DNA from: Mizuhopecten yessoensis
Taxonomy: Eukaryota
Assembly: GCF_002113885.1 (NCBI RefSeq)
Contig: NW_018404881.1
Location: forward strand, 19,558 to 83,557
Direction: 5' to 3'
DNA: 64,000 nt
Both the position numbers and the translations under genes were made by a program. The notes under the pieces are model-generated. The model searched no databases, was not told where the DNA came from, and was given only the letters and a program-made list of their open reading frames with translations. Below, piece after piece: positions 25,101 to 37,148 of the stretch (its first letter is position 1; each line of letters starts with the position of its first letter).

Positions 25101-27540
25101 AATAAAAATAAAATATTGACGACAAATATTGCATGGATACGAAACAATTGTCCGGAAAGATGATCTAATGTTCAACTCTGAACATTTCTATATCAATATA
25201 TGACCTTTTGAATCATATTTCTTATTATATACAGAAATATTTAGCAAATTGTCAGACACACAACTCTCAACGTATTATATGTCATCTTTAAATTAAATAA
25301 TAAAAAAATCTGTGACTTATAAATAAACACAATGTGTTTTGTTGAACACCTTATGTTCTCTGTCCTTAAACGCAGCTCGAGATCAACATCATACGTTCAA
25401 TTTTCAAATATAATAAATGAGAATTATGTTGTTGTTTTTTTGTGATATCTCTCTTATGATATGTTGAACAATGTAGTACATATTGTTCCAAACTGAACGC
25501 GATTCTAGCATACGTCTTCTCCCTTGTAAAATAATTTTTATATTTGTTGAGGCTCGTACACAAAAGAAACGATATAGTTAGTTCTACTTTATGTTAAATA
25601 AAACAGATAAACTCCAGTGTTTTCGAGAGAAAAAAATCGGTTTGGAGCTTCAAAGTGTAAATTTGATTAAATTGTTTGGTCTACACAGTAAAACAACTTA
25701 GGTTACCAATGCTGCACTACATGTTGAAGACACTTGCATACATAAAATGTGGAGTTATTCACCAAAAAGACTGAGGATATCAATGATAAAACTTGTCGGT
25801 GTTTTATGTTGCAGGAAAGACTGAGGAACTCAATGATAACATTGTCTGTGTCTTATGTTACAGGAAAGACTGAGGAACCCAATGATAACATTGTCTCTGT
25901 CTTATGTTACAGGAAAGACTGAGGAACTCAATGATAACCTTGTCGGTGTTTTATGTTACAGGAAAGACTGAGGATATCAATGATAACATTGTATGTGTCT
26001 TATGTTACAGGAAAGACTGAGGAACTCAATGCTAACATTGTCTGTGCCTTATGTTACAGGAAAGACTGAGGAACTCAATGATAACATTGTCTGTGTCTTA
26101 TGTTACAGGAAAGACTGAGGAACTCAATGATAACATTGTCTGTGTCTTATGTTACAGGAAAGACTGAGGAACTCAATGATAACATTGTCTGTGTCTTATG
26201 TTACAGGAAAGACTGAGGAACTCAATGATAACATTGTCTGTGTCTTATGTTACAGGAAAGACTGAGGAACTCAATGATAACATTGTCTGTGTCTTATGTT
26301 ACAGGAAAGACTGAGGAACTCAATGATAACATTGTCTGTGTCTTATGTTACAGGAAAGACTGAGGAACTCAATGATAACATTGTCTGTGTCTTATGTTAC
26401 AGGAAAGACTGAGGAACTCAATGATAACATTGTCTGTGTCTTATGTTACAGGAAAGACTGAGGAACTCAATGATAACATTGTCTGTGTCTTATGTTACAG
26501 GAAAGACTGAGGAACTCAATGATAACATTGTCTGTGTCTTATGTTACAGGAAAGACTGAGGAACTCAATGATAACATTGTCTGTGTCTTATGTTACAGGA
26601 AAGACTGAGGAACTCAATGATAACATTGTCTGTGTCTTATGTTACAGGAAAGACTGAGGAACTCAATGATAACATTGTCTGTGTCTTATGTTACAGGAAA
26701 GACTGAGGAACTCAATGATAACATTGTCTGTGTCTTATGTTACAGGAAAGACTGAGGAACTCAATGATAACATTGTCTGTGTCTTATGTTACAGGAAAGA
26801 CTGAGGAACTCAATGATAACATTGTCTGTGTCTTATGTTACAGGAAAGACTGAGGAACTCAATGATAACATTGTCTGTGTCTTATGTTACAGGAAAGACT
26901 GAGGAACTCAATGATAACATTGTCTGTGTCTTATGTTACAGGAAAGACTGAGGAACTCAATGATAACCTTGGCTGTGGCTTATGTTACAGGAATGACTGA
27001 GGAACTCAATGATAACATTGTCTGTGTCTTATGTTACAGGAATGACTGAGGAACTCAATGCTAACATTGTCTGTGTCTTATGTTACAGGAATGACTGAGG
27101 AACTCAATGCTAACATTGTCTGTGCCTTATGTTACAGGAATGACTGAGGAACTCAATGCTAACATTGTCTGTGCCTTATGTTACAGGAAAGACTGAGGAA
27201 CTCAATGATAACCTTGTCTGTGTCTTATGTTACAGAGGTATTCAGTGAGAGAAGCTTGACTCTCCTTGCAAGGCAGATACCAGACCATGAATACACTTCC
27301 ATGGCCACTTTTTTAGGGATATCTATGGTTGTTGCGGACAGGTTAATGCAGTCCCTCCCAAACACTCAGGACAGAAATCAGTTGAAGCTGAGGCTTCTGA
27401 TACACTGGCTACAAAACGAAAGCACCAACCCTTCCAAAAGACTTCAAACATTAACTGTTGCATTACAAGATATCGATCAGAAAGGCTTGGCAGAAAAGGT
27501 TGAGGAAGCTTTCAACAACAACAGGCCTTTTAGACCATAA
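19187..27540 (+). CDS. Gene C: ZU5-ZU5-UPA-linker-death domain protein (DTHD1/PIDD1-like), ~700 aa; 5' end uncertain
   Basis: Exons 19187-19234, 19870-20233, 21152-21346, 22487-22776, 23719-24620 and 27236-27540. Phases 2,0,0,2,1 are identical to gene B, and one exon is 195 nt in both genes. Shared motifs: KPWD, TFE(S/T)T..D, C.ILLF, SEIV, KN...IRI, LH.A.F, F...SL..L, N.R.F.P. ZU5 signature ISDMVNV....FLLPVNLT...HFCP. Confidence 0.8.
22985..23605. mobile_element. Non-autonomous DNA transposon (TTAA-ended, Kolobok-like MITE), longer copy
   Basis: Both ends match 57981-58189 (gtaataggattgtgtc.ccattt... and ...caatacactcc.atga.cttaa). Imperfect terminal inverted repeat. Confidence 0.65.
25765..27235 (+). 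repeat. 49-bp minisatellite, 30 units, forming the 3' end of the last intron of gene C
   Basis: Unit gaaagactgaggaactcaatgataacattgtctgtgtcttatgttacag. The terminal AG recurs every 49 nt from 25814 to 27235; the central units are identical. Confidence 0.97.
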
Positions 27541-27651
27541 ATAGTTTCGTTTTAACATATTGAGAAACATAATTACAGAAACTATAAAACGTAGATATCA
27601 CCTTTTATGATCTAGTTGAAGTATTGTTGTTTGTGAATGTTCGTTCTGTAG

Positions 27652-30029
27652 GCCTGATTAGATGTCGACCCTAGTAACAGATAGCCGTCGTAACATCGTA
27701 ATTTTAAAGAAGTTTGCGTGATTAGATGTCGACCCTAGTAACAGATAGCAGTCGTAACATCCTAATTTTAAAGAAGTTTGCCTGATTAAATGTCGACCCT
27801 AGTAACAGATAGCCGTCGTAACATCGTAACTTTACAGAAGTTTGCCTGATTAGATGTCGACCTTAGTAACAGACAACAGTAGTAACATCGTAACTTTACA
27901 GAAGTTTGCCTGATTAGATGTCGACCCTAGTAACAGATAGCCGTCGTAACATCGTAACTTTACAGAAGCTTGCCTGATTAGATGTCAACCCTAGTAACAG
28001 ATAGCAGTCGTAACATCGTAACTTTACAGAAGCTTGCCTGATTAGATGTCAACCCTAGTAACAGATAGCAGTCGTAACATCGTAACTTTATAGAAGTTTG
28101 CCTGATTAGATGTCGACCCTAGTAACAGATAGCAGTCGTAACATCGTAACTTTACAGAAGTTTGCCTGATTAGATGTCGACCATAGTAACAGATAGCAGT
28201 CGTAACATCATAACTTTACAGAAGTTTGCCTGATTAGATGTCGACCCTAGTAACAGATAGCAGTCATAACATCGTAACTTTACAGAAGTTTGCCTGGTTA
28301 GATGTCGACCCTAATTACAGATAGCAGTCGTAACATCGTAACTTTAAAGCTGTATGCCTGATTAGATGTCAACCCTAGTAACAGATAGCCGTCGTAACAT
28401 CGTAACTTTACAGAAGTTTGCCTGATTAGATGTCGACCCTAGTAACAGATAGCAGTCGTAACATCGTAACTTTAAAGCTGCATGCCAGATTAGATGTCGA
28501 CCCTAGTAACAGATAGTTGTCGTAACATCGTAACTTTACAGAAGTTTGCTTGATTAGATGTCGACCCTAGTAACAGATAGCAGTCGTAACATCGTAACTT
28601 TAAAGCTGTATGCCTGATTAGATGTCAACCCTAGTAACAGATAGCAGTCGTAACATCGTAACTTTACAATGTTTGCCTGATTAGATGTCGACCCTAGTAA
28701 CAGATAGCAGTCGTATCATCGTAACTTTACAGAAGTTTGCCTGGTTAGATGTCGACCCTAATTACAGATAGCAGTCGTAACATCGTAACTTTAAAGCTGC
28801 ATGCCAGATTAGATGTCGACCCTAGTAACAGATAGTTGTCTTAACATCGTAACTTTACAGAAGTTTGCCTGGTTAGATGTCGACCCTAATTACAGATAGC
28901 AGTCGTAACATCGTAACTTTAAAGCTGTATGCCTGATTAGATGTCAACCCTAGTAACAGATAGCCGTCGTAACACCATAACTTTACAGAAGTTTGCCTGA
29001 TTAGATGCCGACCCTAGTAACAGATAGCAGTCGTATCATCGTAACTTTACAGAAGTTTGCCTGAGTAGATGTCGACCCTAGTAACAGATAGCAGTCATAA
29101 CATTGTAACTTTACAGACGTTTGCCTGATTAGATGTTGACCCTAGTAACAGATAGCAGTCGTAACGTCGTAACTTTACAGAAGTTTGCCTGATTAGATGC
29201 CGACCCTAGTAACAGATAGCAGTCGTATCATCGTAACTTTACAGAAGTTTGCCTGGTTAGATGTCGACCCTAATTACAGATAGCAGTCGTAACATCGTAA
29301 CTTTAAAGCTGTATGGCTGTTTATATTAGAATTCGACCCTAGTAACAGATAGCCGTCGTAACATCATAACTTTACAGAAGTTTGCCTGATTAGATGCCGA
29401 CCCTAGTAACAGATAGCAGTCGTAACGTCGTAACTTTACAGAAGTTTGCCTGATTAGATGTGGACCCTAGTAACAGATAGCAGTCATAACATTGTAACTT
29501 TACAGAAGTTTGCCTGATTAGATGTCGACACTAGTAACAGATAGCAGTCGTAACATCGTAACTTTAAAGCTGTATGGCTGATTATATTAGAATTCGACCC
29601 TAGTAACAGATAGCCGTCGTAACATCGTAACTTTACAGAAGTTTGCCTGATTAGATGTCGACCCTAGTAACAGATAGCAGTCGTAACCTCGTAACTTTAC
29701 AGAAGTTTACCTGATTAGATGTCGACCCTAGTAACAGATAGCAGTCGTAACATCGTAACTTTACAGAAGTTTGCCTGATTAGATGTTGACCCTAGTAACA
29801 GATAGCAGTCGTAACGTCGTAACTTTACAGAAGTTTGCCTGATTAGATGTTGACCCTAGTAACAGATAGCAGTCGTAACGTCGTAACTTTACAGAAGTTT
29901 GCCTGATTAGATGTCGACCCTAGTAACAGATAGCCATCGTAACATCGTAACTTTAAAGTTGTATGCCTGATTAGATGTCGACCCTAGTAACAGATAGCCG
30001 TCGTAACATCGTAATTTTAAAGAAGTTTG
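27652..30029 (+). repeat. 64-bp minisatellite, ~37 units, with recurring variant units
   Basis: Unit gcctgattagatgtcgaccctagtaacagatagcagtcgtaacatcgtaactttacagaagttt. A variant ending aaagctgtat recurs. Confidence 0.97.
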
Positions 30030-30283
30030 ATTTCTGTTAAGTGTACCATCTCCTGTGTTTCAAACTTTAAACGATAATTATGGTTATAGTAATCTGTATA
30101 TTATTATTTATACTCATTAATTCTTATCACGTCAAGACTCGAAAGTGATCGTTTGTTCATGACTGTTATTCTATTGTCTGTTTTTCTTTATTTTCTTCCT
30201 GTTCGTTACATAGGAGTCACATCGTGTAGTTCGCTACTCAACCTGTACAGTTAAACCTCTGTTATACTACAAACATTATTCTG

Positions 30284-31134
30284 GAGAGAAAATGTATGGT
30301 CTGGAAAGTAAACTCTATGGTTTGGACAGAAAAATGGATGGTCTGGAAAGTAAACTCTATGGTTTGGACATAAAACTGTACGGTCTGGAAAGAAACCTGT
30401 ACGGTCTTGAAAGAAAATTCTATGGTTTAGACAGCAAATGTACGGTCTGGACAGAAAAATGTATGGTCTGGAAAGAAAACTCTATGGTTTGGACAGAAAA
30501 TGTGTGGTCTGGAAAGTAAGCTTTATGGTTTGGACATAAAACTGTACGATCTGGAAAGAAAACTGTATGATCTGGACAGAAAATGGATGGTCTGGACAGA
30601 AAACTGTATGATTTGGACAGAAAAATGTATGGTCTGGAAAGAAAACTGTATGGTTTGGACAGAAAATGTATGGTCTGGAAAGAAAAATGTATGGTTTGGA
30701 CAGAAAACTCTATGGTCTGGACAGAAAAATGTATGGTTTTGACAGAAAACTCTATGTTCTGGACAGAAAAATGTATGGTTTGGAAAGTAAATTGTATAGT
30801 TTGGACATAAACGTGTAAGGTCTGGAAAGGAAACTGTATGATCTGGACAGCAAATGTATGGTCTGGAAAGAAAAATGTATGGTTTGGACAGAAAACTCCA
30901 TGGTCTGGACAGAAAAATGTATGGTTTGGAAAGTAAACTGTATGGTTTGGACAAAAACGTGTAAGGTCTGGAAAGAAAACTGTATGATCTGGACAGCAAA
31001 TGTATGGTCTGGAAAGAAAAATGTATGGTTTGGACAGAAAACTCTATGGTCTGGACAGAAAAATGTATGGTTTGGAAAGTAAACTGTATGGTTTGGACAT
31101 AAACGTGTAAGGTCTGGAAAGAAAACTGTATGGA
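30284..31134 (+). repeat. 20-21-bp minisatellite (~40 units)
   Basis: Units like tatggtctggaaagaaaactg / tatggtttggacagaaaaatg. This array explains the spurious ORFs at 30292-31165. Confidence 0.95.
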
Positions 31135-33051
31135 CTTTTGAGATTCCATGAGTCATGAACGTCATTATTGCTGAAAAGCTGTTTAGTGTTCATGATGATA
31201 CATTATGATAAAATAAACACATAAATATGAATGTATTGAAACTGCGTTATTTGATTGTTATTATTGTGTCAATTTCCATAGATAAATATTAATATGTAAA
31301 ACAAATAAAACAATACTCCGAAATCAACATATCCAGTTTGCATAACAAATGTGTACTACATGTGACTTGCGTCAGTTTTATTTTCCTTGAGCAGTTATCT
31401 TGATTTTTATCCTTTACTCCAGCATTTTTGATAATAACACATAAATGTAGAGGATCTTACAGTGGAAATGTGGATATAGATAAGAAAATATACTTTATTC
31501 AAACTTAATATTTAAGACAATATACCGTTTTTAAACTTAACACTTCAGACGATATACTGAATAAAAGCTTCAAATCTCCGAAAATATACTTTATTTAAAC
31601 TTCATTCATCAAAGAAAAAACTGTGTTCAAACTTTATTGTTCAAACAATGTTCTGTATTTTAACTTTATACCTCAGACAATATTCTGAATTTTAACTTCA
31701 TACCTCAGACAATATTCTGAATTATTAAAACGCTGTACATGTATCAGGTAATACTATGTATTACAATTTCAAGGACCGGATAATAGTCTTTATTGACAAA
31801 GTATACCAAAATATATGGAAAATGATTTTGTGAATTCAGTCTGATTTCCTCCTTTGAACTCTGCTTAAAGCACCCAGAGAAAAGGTCAGAGCCCTAATTC
31901 CATACATACATATGTGCAATACCCATTTTTCGACATTATGCGTTGGCACATGTAATTCGTATAGATTGGTTATATCATGAATTATATGTTTTATGTTTAA
32001 TCACCTGTGTGTGATTAAAGTTGTATATTTCAAATTTTAAAAATTGAGGGGAGGGGGGCTATATATACTCCCCATCAGTAACCTCATCCATATAGTTTGT
32101 ATACACTTTCTATCGATAGGCGAAACGTCCCGGGCCGAGTGACATGTGAAGTTTACAATTTCCTCACATCATTGAACAGGTAAACAATACAAATCGCGCA
32201 CTCAGTCATAGTTTGACAAAGGGACCAGTCAGTCTTGAAACGTTGCGACACACGTTTAAGACGTGTATTGTTTGTAAAACTTTGATTCACCTTGAAGAAA
32301 GAATTTTTCTTTGGCCTCACATTTACATATGTTTCGGAAGACTTCAGTAAGATTTTTATACATTTGATCTTAATTTAAGGGGAGTGGAGGTGGGGGTATT
32401 ACAATATCGTGGTGATATTAGTAAGTATGATTAGCTGTAGAGCTATAGACGTGTCGATCAATTTTCACAAATAATGTTATATACTTCACAAAACGTGTAA
32501 TAGAAATAAAGGTAAGTAATAAATACGCGTATTTACAATAAAAACATACAAATTAGATATTTCAATAATTTTTAATTGGTTGCATATTAAATAATAAGGC
32601 TTGCTTTTTTCGTTTTTCCAAAACCAACAACAGCAAAACATTCCGTATTTTACTAAAATAAGCCCCAAATAATTGTGACATTTTTTCCCCAGAAAGGCAA
32701 AAGTTAATAATTTATTATACACCCTCATTTATAAGATTCCACACTACAAGTACTCGCATGTACCCATCCATGTTATAATTCCACACTGCCCAGAGTCATC
32801 TAGGCCATTACCTAAAACTAACCCGCCCTACGTCACCTTACACATTCCAGCCTTCAAACGCTTCTCTCAGCCACTCCGATACCCACGGAAAGGAGTAGTA
32901 CAGCCCTTTAAATCGTGACTTAGAACACCGCCGAACCTTGTTGACTTATTTTATTACGGGTGAGGTAATTTATGGGGTGTAGGACACATGTACCGGACTA
33001 ACGGGCGTATTGACTTTAAATAATGACTGTAATAAAGGATAGCCGAAAAGG

Positions 33052-33425
33052 ATCAGATTCAGATTTCAGATTTCAGATTCTTTATTTCCTTATGTTTACA
33101 ACACATCGGAGAGTAGACATACATATGTACAAGATATCACAATATATAACACAAATTACAGTTGGTGCAATAGTGTACAATGCATCACATAGATTATTAA
33201 AACACAATATACCTGTATGTGGGTATAACATACAGAACATGCAGTATTATATTTAGTTAAACAATATTATTTCGTCGTTTTGTACTTAAATGCAAAAATT
33301 TGCCTAGGTTATTTAGATCTTTAACGATTTTGGTATTGAACAGTTCTATTAACTTGAAAACACTTGGTCGTTTGTAAAGATAAGGTTTAATATATTCATG
33401 CCTAAAATCCTCATAAAATTTGCAT
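33052..33425 (-). mobile_element. 5'-truncated non-LTR retrotransposon (LINE) 3' end
   Basis: The minus strand encodes LRHEYIKPYLYKRPSVFKLIELFNTKIVKDLNNLG (ORF2 C-terminus-like), followed by AATAAA and a (tctgaaa)n tail at ~33052-33080. Confidence 0.6.
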
Positions 33426-34139
33426 TTAAGTATAAAATGGAATTCATCTTCAACATCATTAGCGTTACAGAGTGATCACTATCATCAGGACGCTTGCTCA
33501 TAGCGGTAGAACATTGGTAAAGAAAATACATTATATGAAGTAACACAGCATTACAAAAGTATATATAACATACAATAAACAGCCAGATATAAAGAAATCT
33601 TTGAAGACTTTCAATTATCACTAAGACTTTGTAAGGTTTGGATTAAATTCCGTGTCAGTTTTTGTTTCTATATATGTAGATTTCTTGGTAGGTTTGAGGA
33701 TGTCCCCTTCATCTCCCTTCATCTCCTCTTCTTCCCCCTTCCTACTTCACTCTCCGTCCATCTCTCTTTCCCCCTATTTCCCCCCTCCCCTTTAATATAC
33801 CTCCCCCTCCTCTCCCATTCCTCCTTTATATCACAAATTGATACAAGATTCTGTATTATAACTCGAGGTAATTTATGATAAAACGAGATAATATGAAAGA
33901 TAAGTCGAGAAACAGTTAAGTGTAACGTTCAACAATGCAGACTGGTGATTTGATAAGAAATTGAAAACCCAAATTTAATGTGTTAGTTAAGACATTTTGT
34001 GATTTTGACATTAAATCGTTGTATTCTATATAACACATTAATAATGTGTGTCAAAACGTAAATGGTTTTAATATCAATTTACAGCAATTATGAAATTAAA
34101 AAAAAATTACAAACTTATATTCATAAATCTTGTTAGCCT

Positions 34140-34310
34140 GGATGGAAGCGCACAGCTAGTGTCTTACTGGGAGAGAAAAAAATGGAGTATCAGAAGAAAA
34201 TCCCACCTGGTCCAGTAGGTAATGAACTATTTTCACATCTAATCGGGGAATTGAATACGGCCGTCCTGGTGATAGGCCAACACGCTATTCCATTGCGCCA
34301 ACCAACCACC
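34140..34310 (-). mobile_element. tRNA-derived SINE remnant
   Basis: Minus strand ggttggcgcaatgg...cgtattcaattccccg resembles a degenerate A-box/B-box head. Confidence 0.4.
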
Positions 34311-35067
34311 GTAATACTACTCAATAGTGGGTTTTTTTGTTGATAATTGGAAATCCTGCGACGTGTATATTTTGTTTTTAACGAGTATTTTTATAATATT
34401 AGAAATATATATTTTATCTTAGAGCGTCGCTATATTAATGGAGATAGACAAAACGATTCCAGGAAATATTCCGAAATCAACAGGAAATCAAATTTTCCTG
34501 TTTAACGAGGTTTCATTGTAGTAAATAAAGGTTGAGATTCTGAACACCATTGTCTCTAAGGAATGTGGGTCATTTGAAAAAAATTGTCCAGTCAAATTCC
34601 TAGTTAATTTACGATGATTGTGTAGGTCAAAACTGAGAGCTTGTGTCCGCGCTTAAACACAAATTGGCCGGATAGCTGTGTAATGTAAGTAATACCAAAG
34701 TGACGCGGCAGGTAAACCATTACCTTATCGATGTAATTTGAATCATAGCAAATATTCCCCCTCCCCGCCCCCGCTGATAACAAATATTATCCTACGTGTC
34801 AACAAAACATGTTTCTTCTTGTTCAGTAAACGATCGTTTGTTTTGTACAGAGAAGCGAATATATGTATGAGATATGTAAGATATTCTGGCCATTTGATGG
34901 TCAGAGGGCCTTGCACCGACAGATAGCTTGACCACTGGACCGACATTACAAGTATGGAGTAAGTACCCGGAACAATGATAATATAGCAGATTTATTTCTT
35001 TTTTATCAAGTAGAGGTCAAAGATATTATCTATTTGTTTTTAACTTGATAATTATGACGTAGAATAT

Positions 35068-35312
35068 TGTTCTAGTGGTAGGACACCGGGCTCGTGACCG
35101 AAGGGTTGCGGGTTCGAGTCACGGCACGGCTCTGTGTTGTATCTTTGAGCAAGATACTTTAATCCGCTTGTTCCAGTGTACTCAGCTATAAATAAGTACG
35201 TGGTTGGGCAGTGCTAGAATTGCTGAATGCTAGCTGTTAGTGAACCGCTTTTAGACGACCTACGAACTAGGTTGTGATAAAGCGGTATATAAGAACCTAG
35301 AATTATTATCAT
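35068..35312 (+). mobile_element. tRNA-derived CORE-type SINE
   Basis: A box tctagtggtagg, B box gggttcgagtc, CORE-like gtgttgtatctttgagcaagatacttt, and a LINE-like tail aagcggtatataag...attattat. Confidence 0.7.
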
Positions 35313-35909
35313 TTATGTAAATTATTTAACTCATAATTCAGTATAATTCATTGTAGAAATATTTACGTGCAGAAATCGATGAAACAAAGTTTCCTGTGCT
35401 TTTAGCATTTTTTTTTTTTATAACTAATGTACAAATAAGTAGGGTGGAGAGACTAAATATGTAGCAAGGTATCGCATGATAAAGCAGAAAGAGTTATGTT
35501 ACTTAAAGAAATTGAGATTCCCTATAAACCATTTTATGGTAGCTTTTGTCCAGTTAAAATCGCTCCTGAAATTTAAGCATGCCTTCATATATTGTGTCTG
35601 AATATCTGAATACGTTTGTTTGTAGTTTATATTTAATTAGTTACAACATGAAAATGTAAGTTATAACTTAAGCAAACAGCCTTTGTGTGTATCCCTCAAA
35701 CACTGTAGGTACATACAGATGGTTTAATGTATATATGACGCGGTAGCTGTATTCTCCGAGTACATCCATTTAACAAGTGTACATTTCTATACACGTGGTA
35801 TGAGGGAGTATAACGTATCATTACACTGCTGTTGAATTACGCATACTAAATAGGGGGAATGATGTGTTTATAGAGAAAGATGAAAGAGAAAGATGAGGGG
35901 GGAGGGGGG

Positions 35910-36022
35910 NNNNNNNNNNNNNNNNNNNNNNNNNNNNNNNNNNNNNNNNNNNNNNNNNNNNNNNNNNNNNNNNNNNNNNNNNNNNNNNNNNNNNNNNNNN
36001 NNNNNNNNNNNNNNNNNNNNNN
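35910..36022. other. Assembly gap (N run) within a G-rich tract
   Basis: Run of N flanked by G tracts. Confidence 0.99.
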
Positions 36023-37148
36023 GGGGGGTGGGGGTGGGGGGCAAGCAGATGGACAGACAGAGGGCGAGAGTGGAGGAGCAAAGAGAAGCAGGAGGGAACA
36101 AAGGAAGTAACAAAGCATACAGATTGATGACACATTAAGCCTGAAGATTCGGGTATTTAAAAATGGTAGCGTTGTTTATAGATTAAAAAAAAATCAGAAA
36201 TGGAGAAAAGTTCAACTAAAAAACAAAACAAAACACACAATATTTACCAGAAAAAAGTAAGAAAAAGGAAAAAAGAAATAACTTAGATGCGAGTATTATG
36301 GCTAAATATATAACGACGATAAGGACTTATTGATGAAAATTATATATTTCGATTAAATCAGCGCCCCCTACATCATCCAATTGTTTGAAGTACCTTAGCT
36401 GTATATATTGTCTCTTTGTGTATAAAATAATGGTCACGTGATGCATCGTTTTAATTTCCCCATCAAGCCGAGTTCACAGTTGATGTGATGGTATCTGGAC
36501 GTTGAGCCAGTTGTTAGGTAGGCTCATTTAATGTCGATGTATACAAAAGTGTTTTAGATATATACATTATGGAAGACGGTTCCTTCTTTCCACAAATTTT
36601 ATTCGTTTAAAACAATTACACTACAAACTTGATAATATTTGCAATACGAACGCGCGTGGGAGGCTCTTAGAATAGCATGAGCAGGCGCATGTTTTTAATA
36701 CATGCAGCACATGTACTGGCATCAAATCCGTTTGGTAAAGTTATCGCGGTTATCTCCCTTGCCATAGAACTTGATTTTTTCCGGAATTTCTTTTTATACA
36801 GACCAACGTACTTGCTTTGATAGTACTGTACAAACATTAATTATGAAACAATTGTAAATATCTTTTTATTTAATACAGGCCTATCAAACGGAAACTCGAT
36901 AGCGGAAGTGACAACACCAAGAATGTCGCAAAAACCAAGAAGTCCAAAACAAAAGAAAGTCACTCCTCAGAGTTAGTAAGTATGATGACCCGTCACTATT
37001 GTAACAGAAAGAAACAATGTAGGTGATGAAGATAAAATGTTTAACATGTTTTCAGTTTCTTGCCGGTGTGTTTAACATAAATAACAATTATAGCTAATGA
37101 GAAGTATAAGGATTTCGTGTAATTAATATCAATTTACCATCTAGGAAC

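Noticed and set aside
25765-27235. Hammerhead ribozyme in the 49-bp unit (contains CTGAGGA and GAAA)
   Set aside because: Only 2 nt separate GAAA from the next CTGAGGA, and stems I and II cannot close next to the core.
27178-27235. N-terminal MLQERLRNSMITLSVSYVT of the 120-aa ORF
   Set aside because: This is translated intronic repeat. Homology with the A and B death-domain exons starts at 27236.
25765-30029. CRISPR-like arrays
   Set aside because: Units are head-to-tail with no unique spacers, there are no cas genes, and the context is a spliceosomal-intron genome. These are minisatellites.
30292-31165. Overlapping ORFs with periodic sequence (also 38909-39163)
   Set aside because: They are translations of 21-22-bp minisatellites in several frames on both strands.
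35821-36138. ORFs spanning the N run
   Set aside because: Artefacts of the assembly gap.
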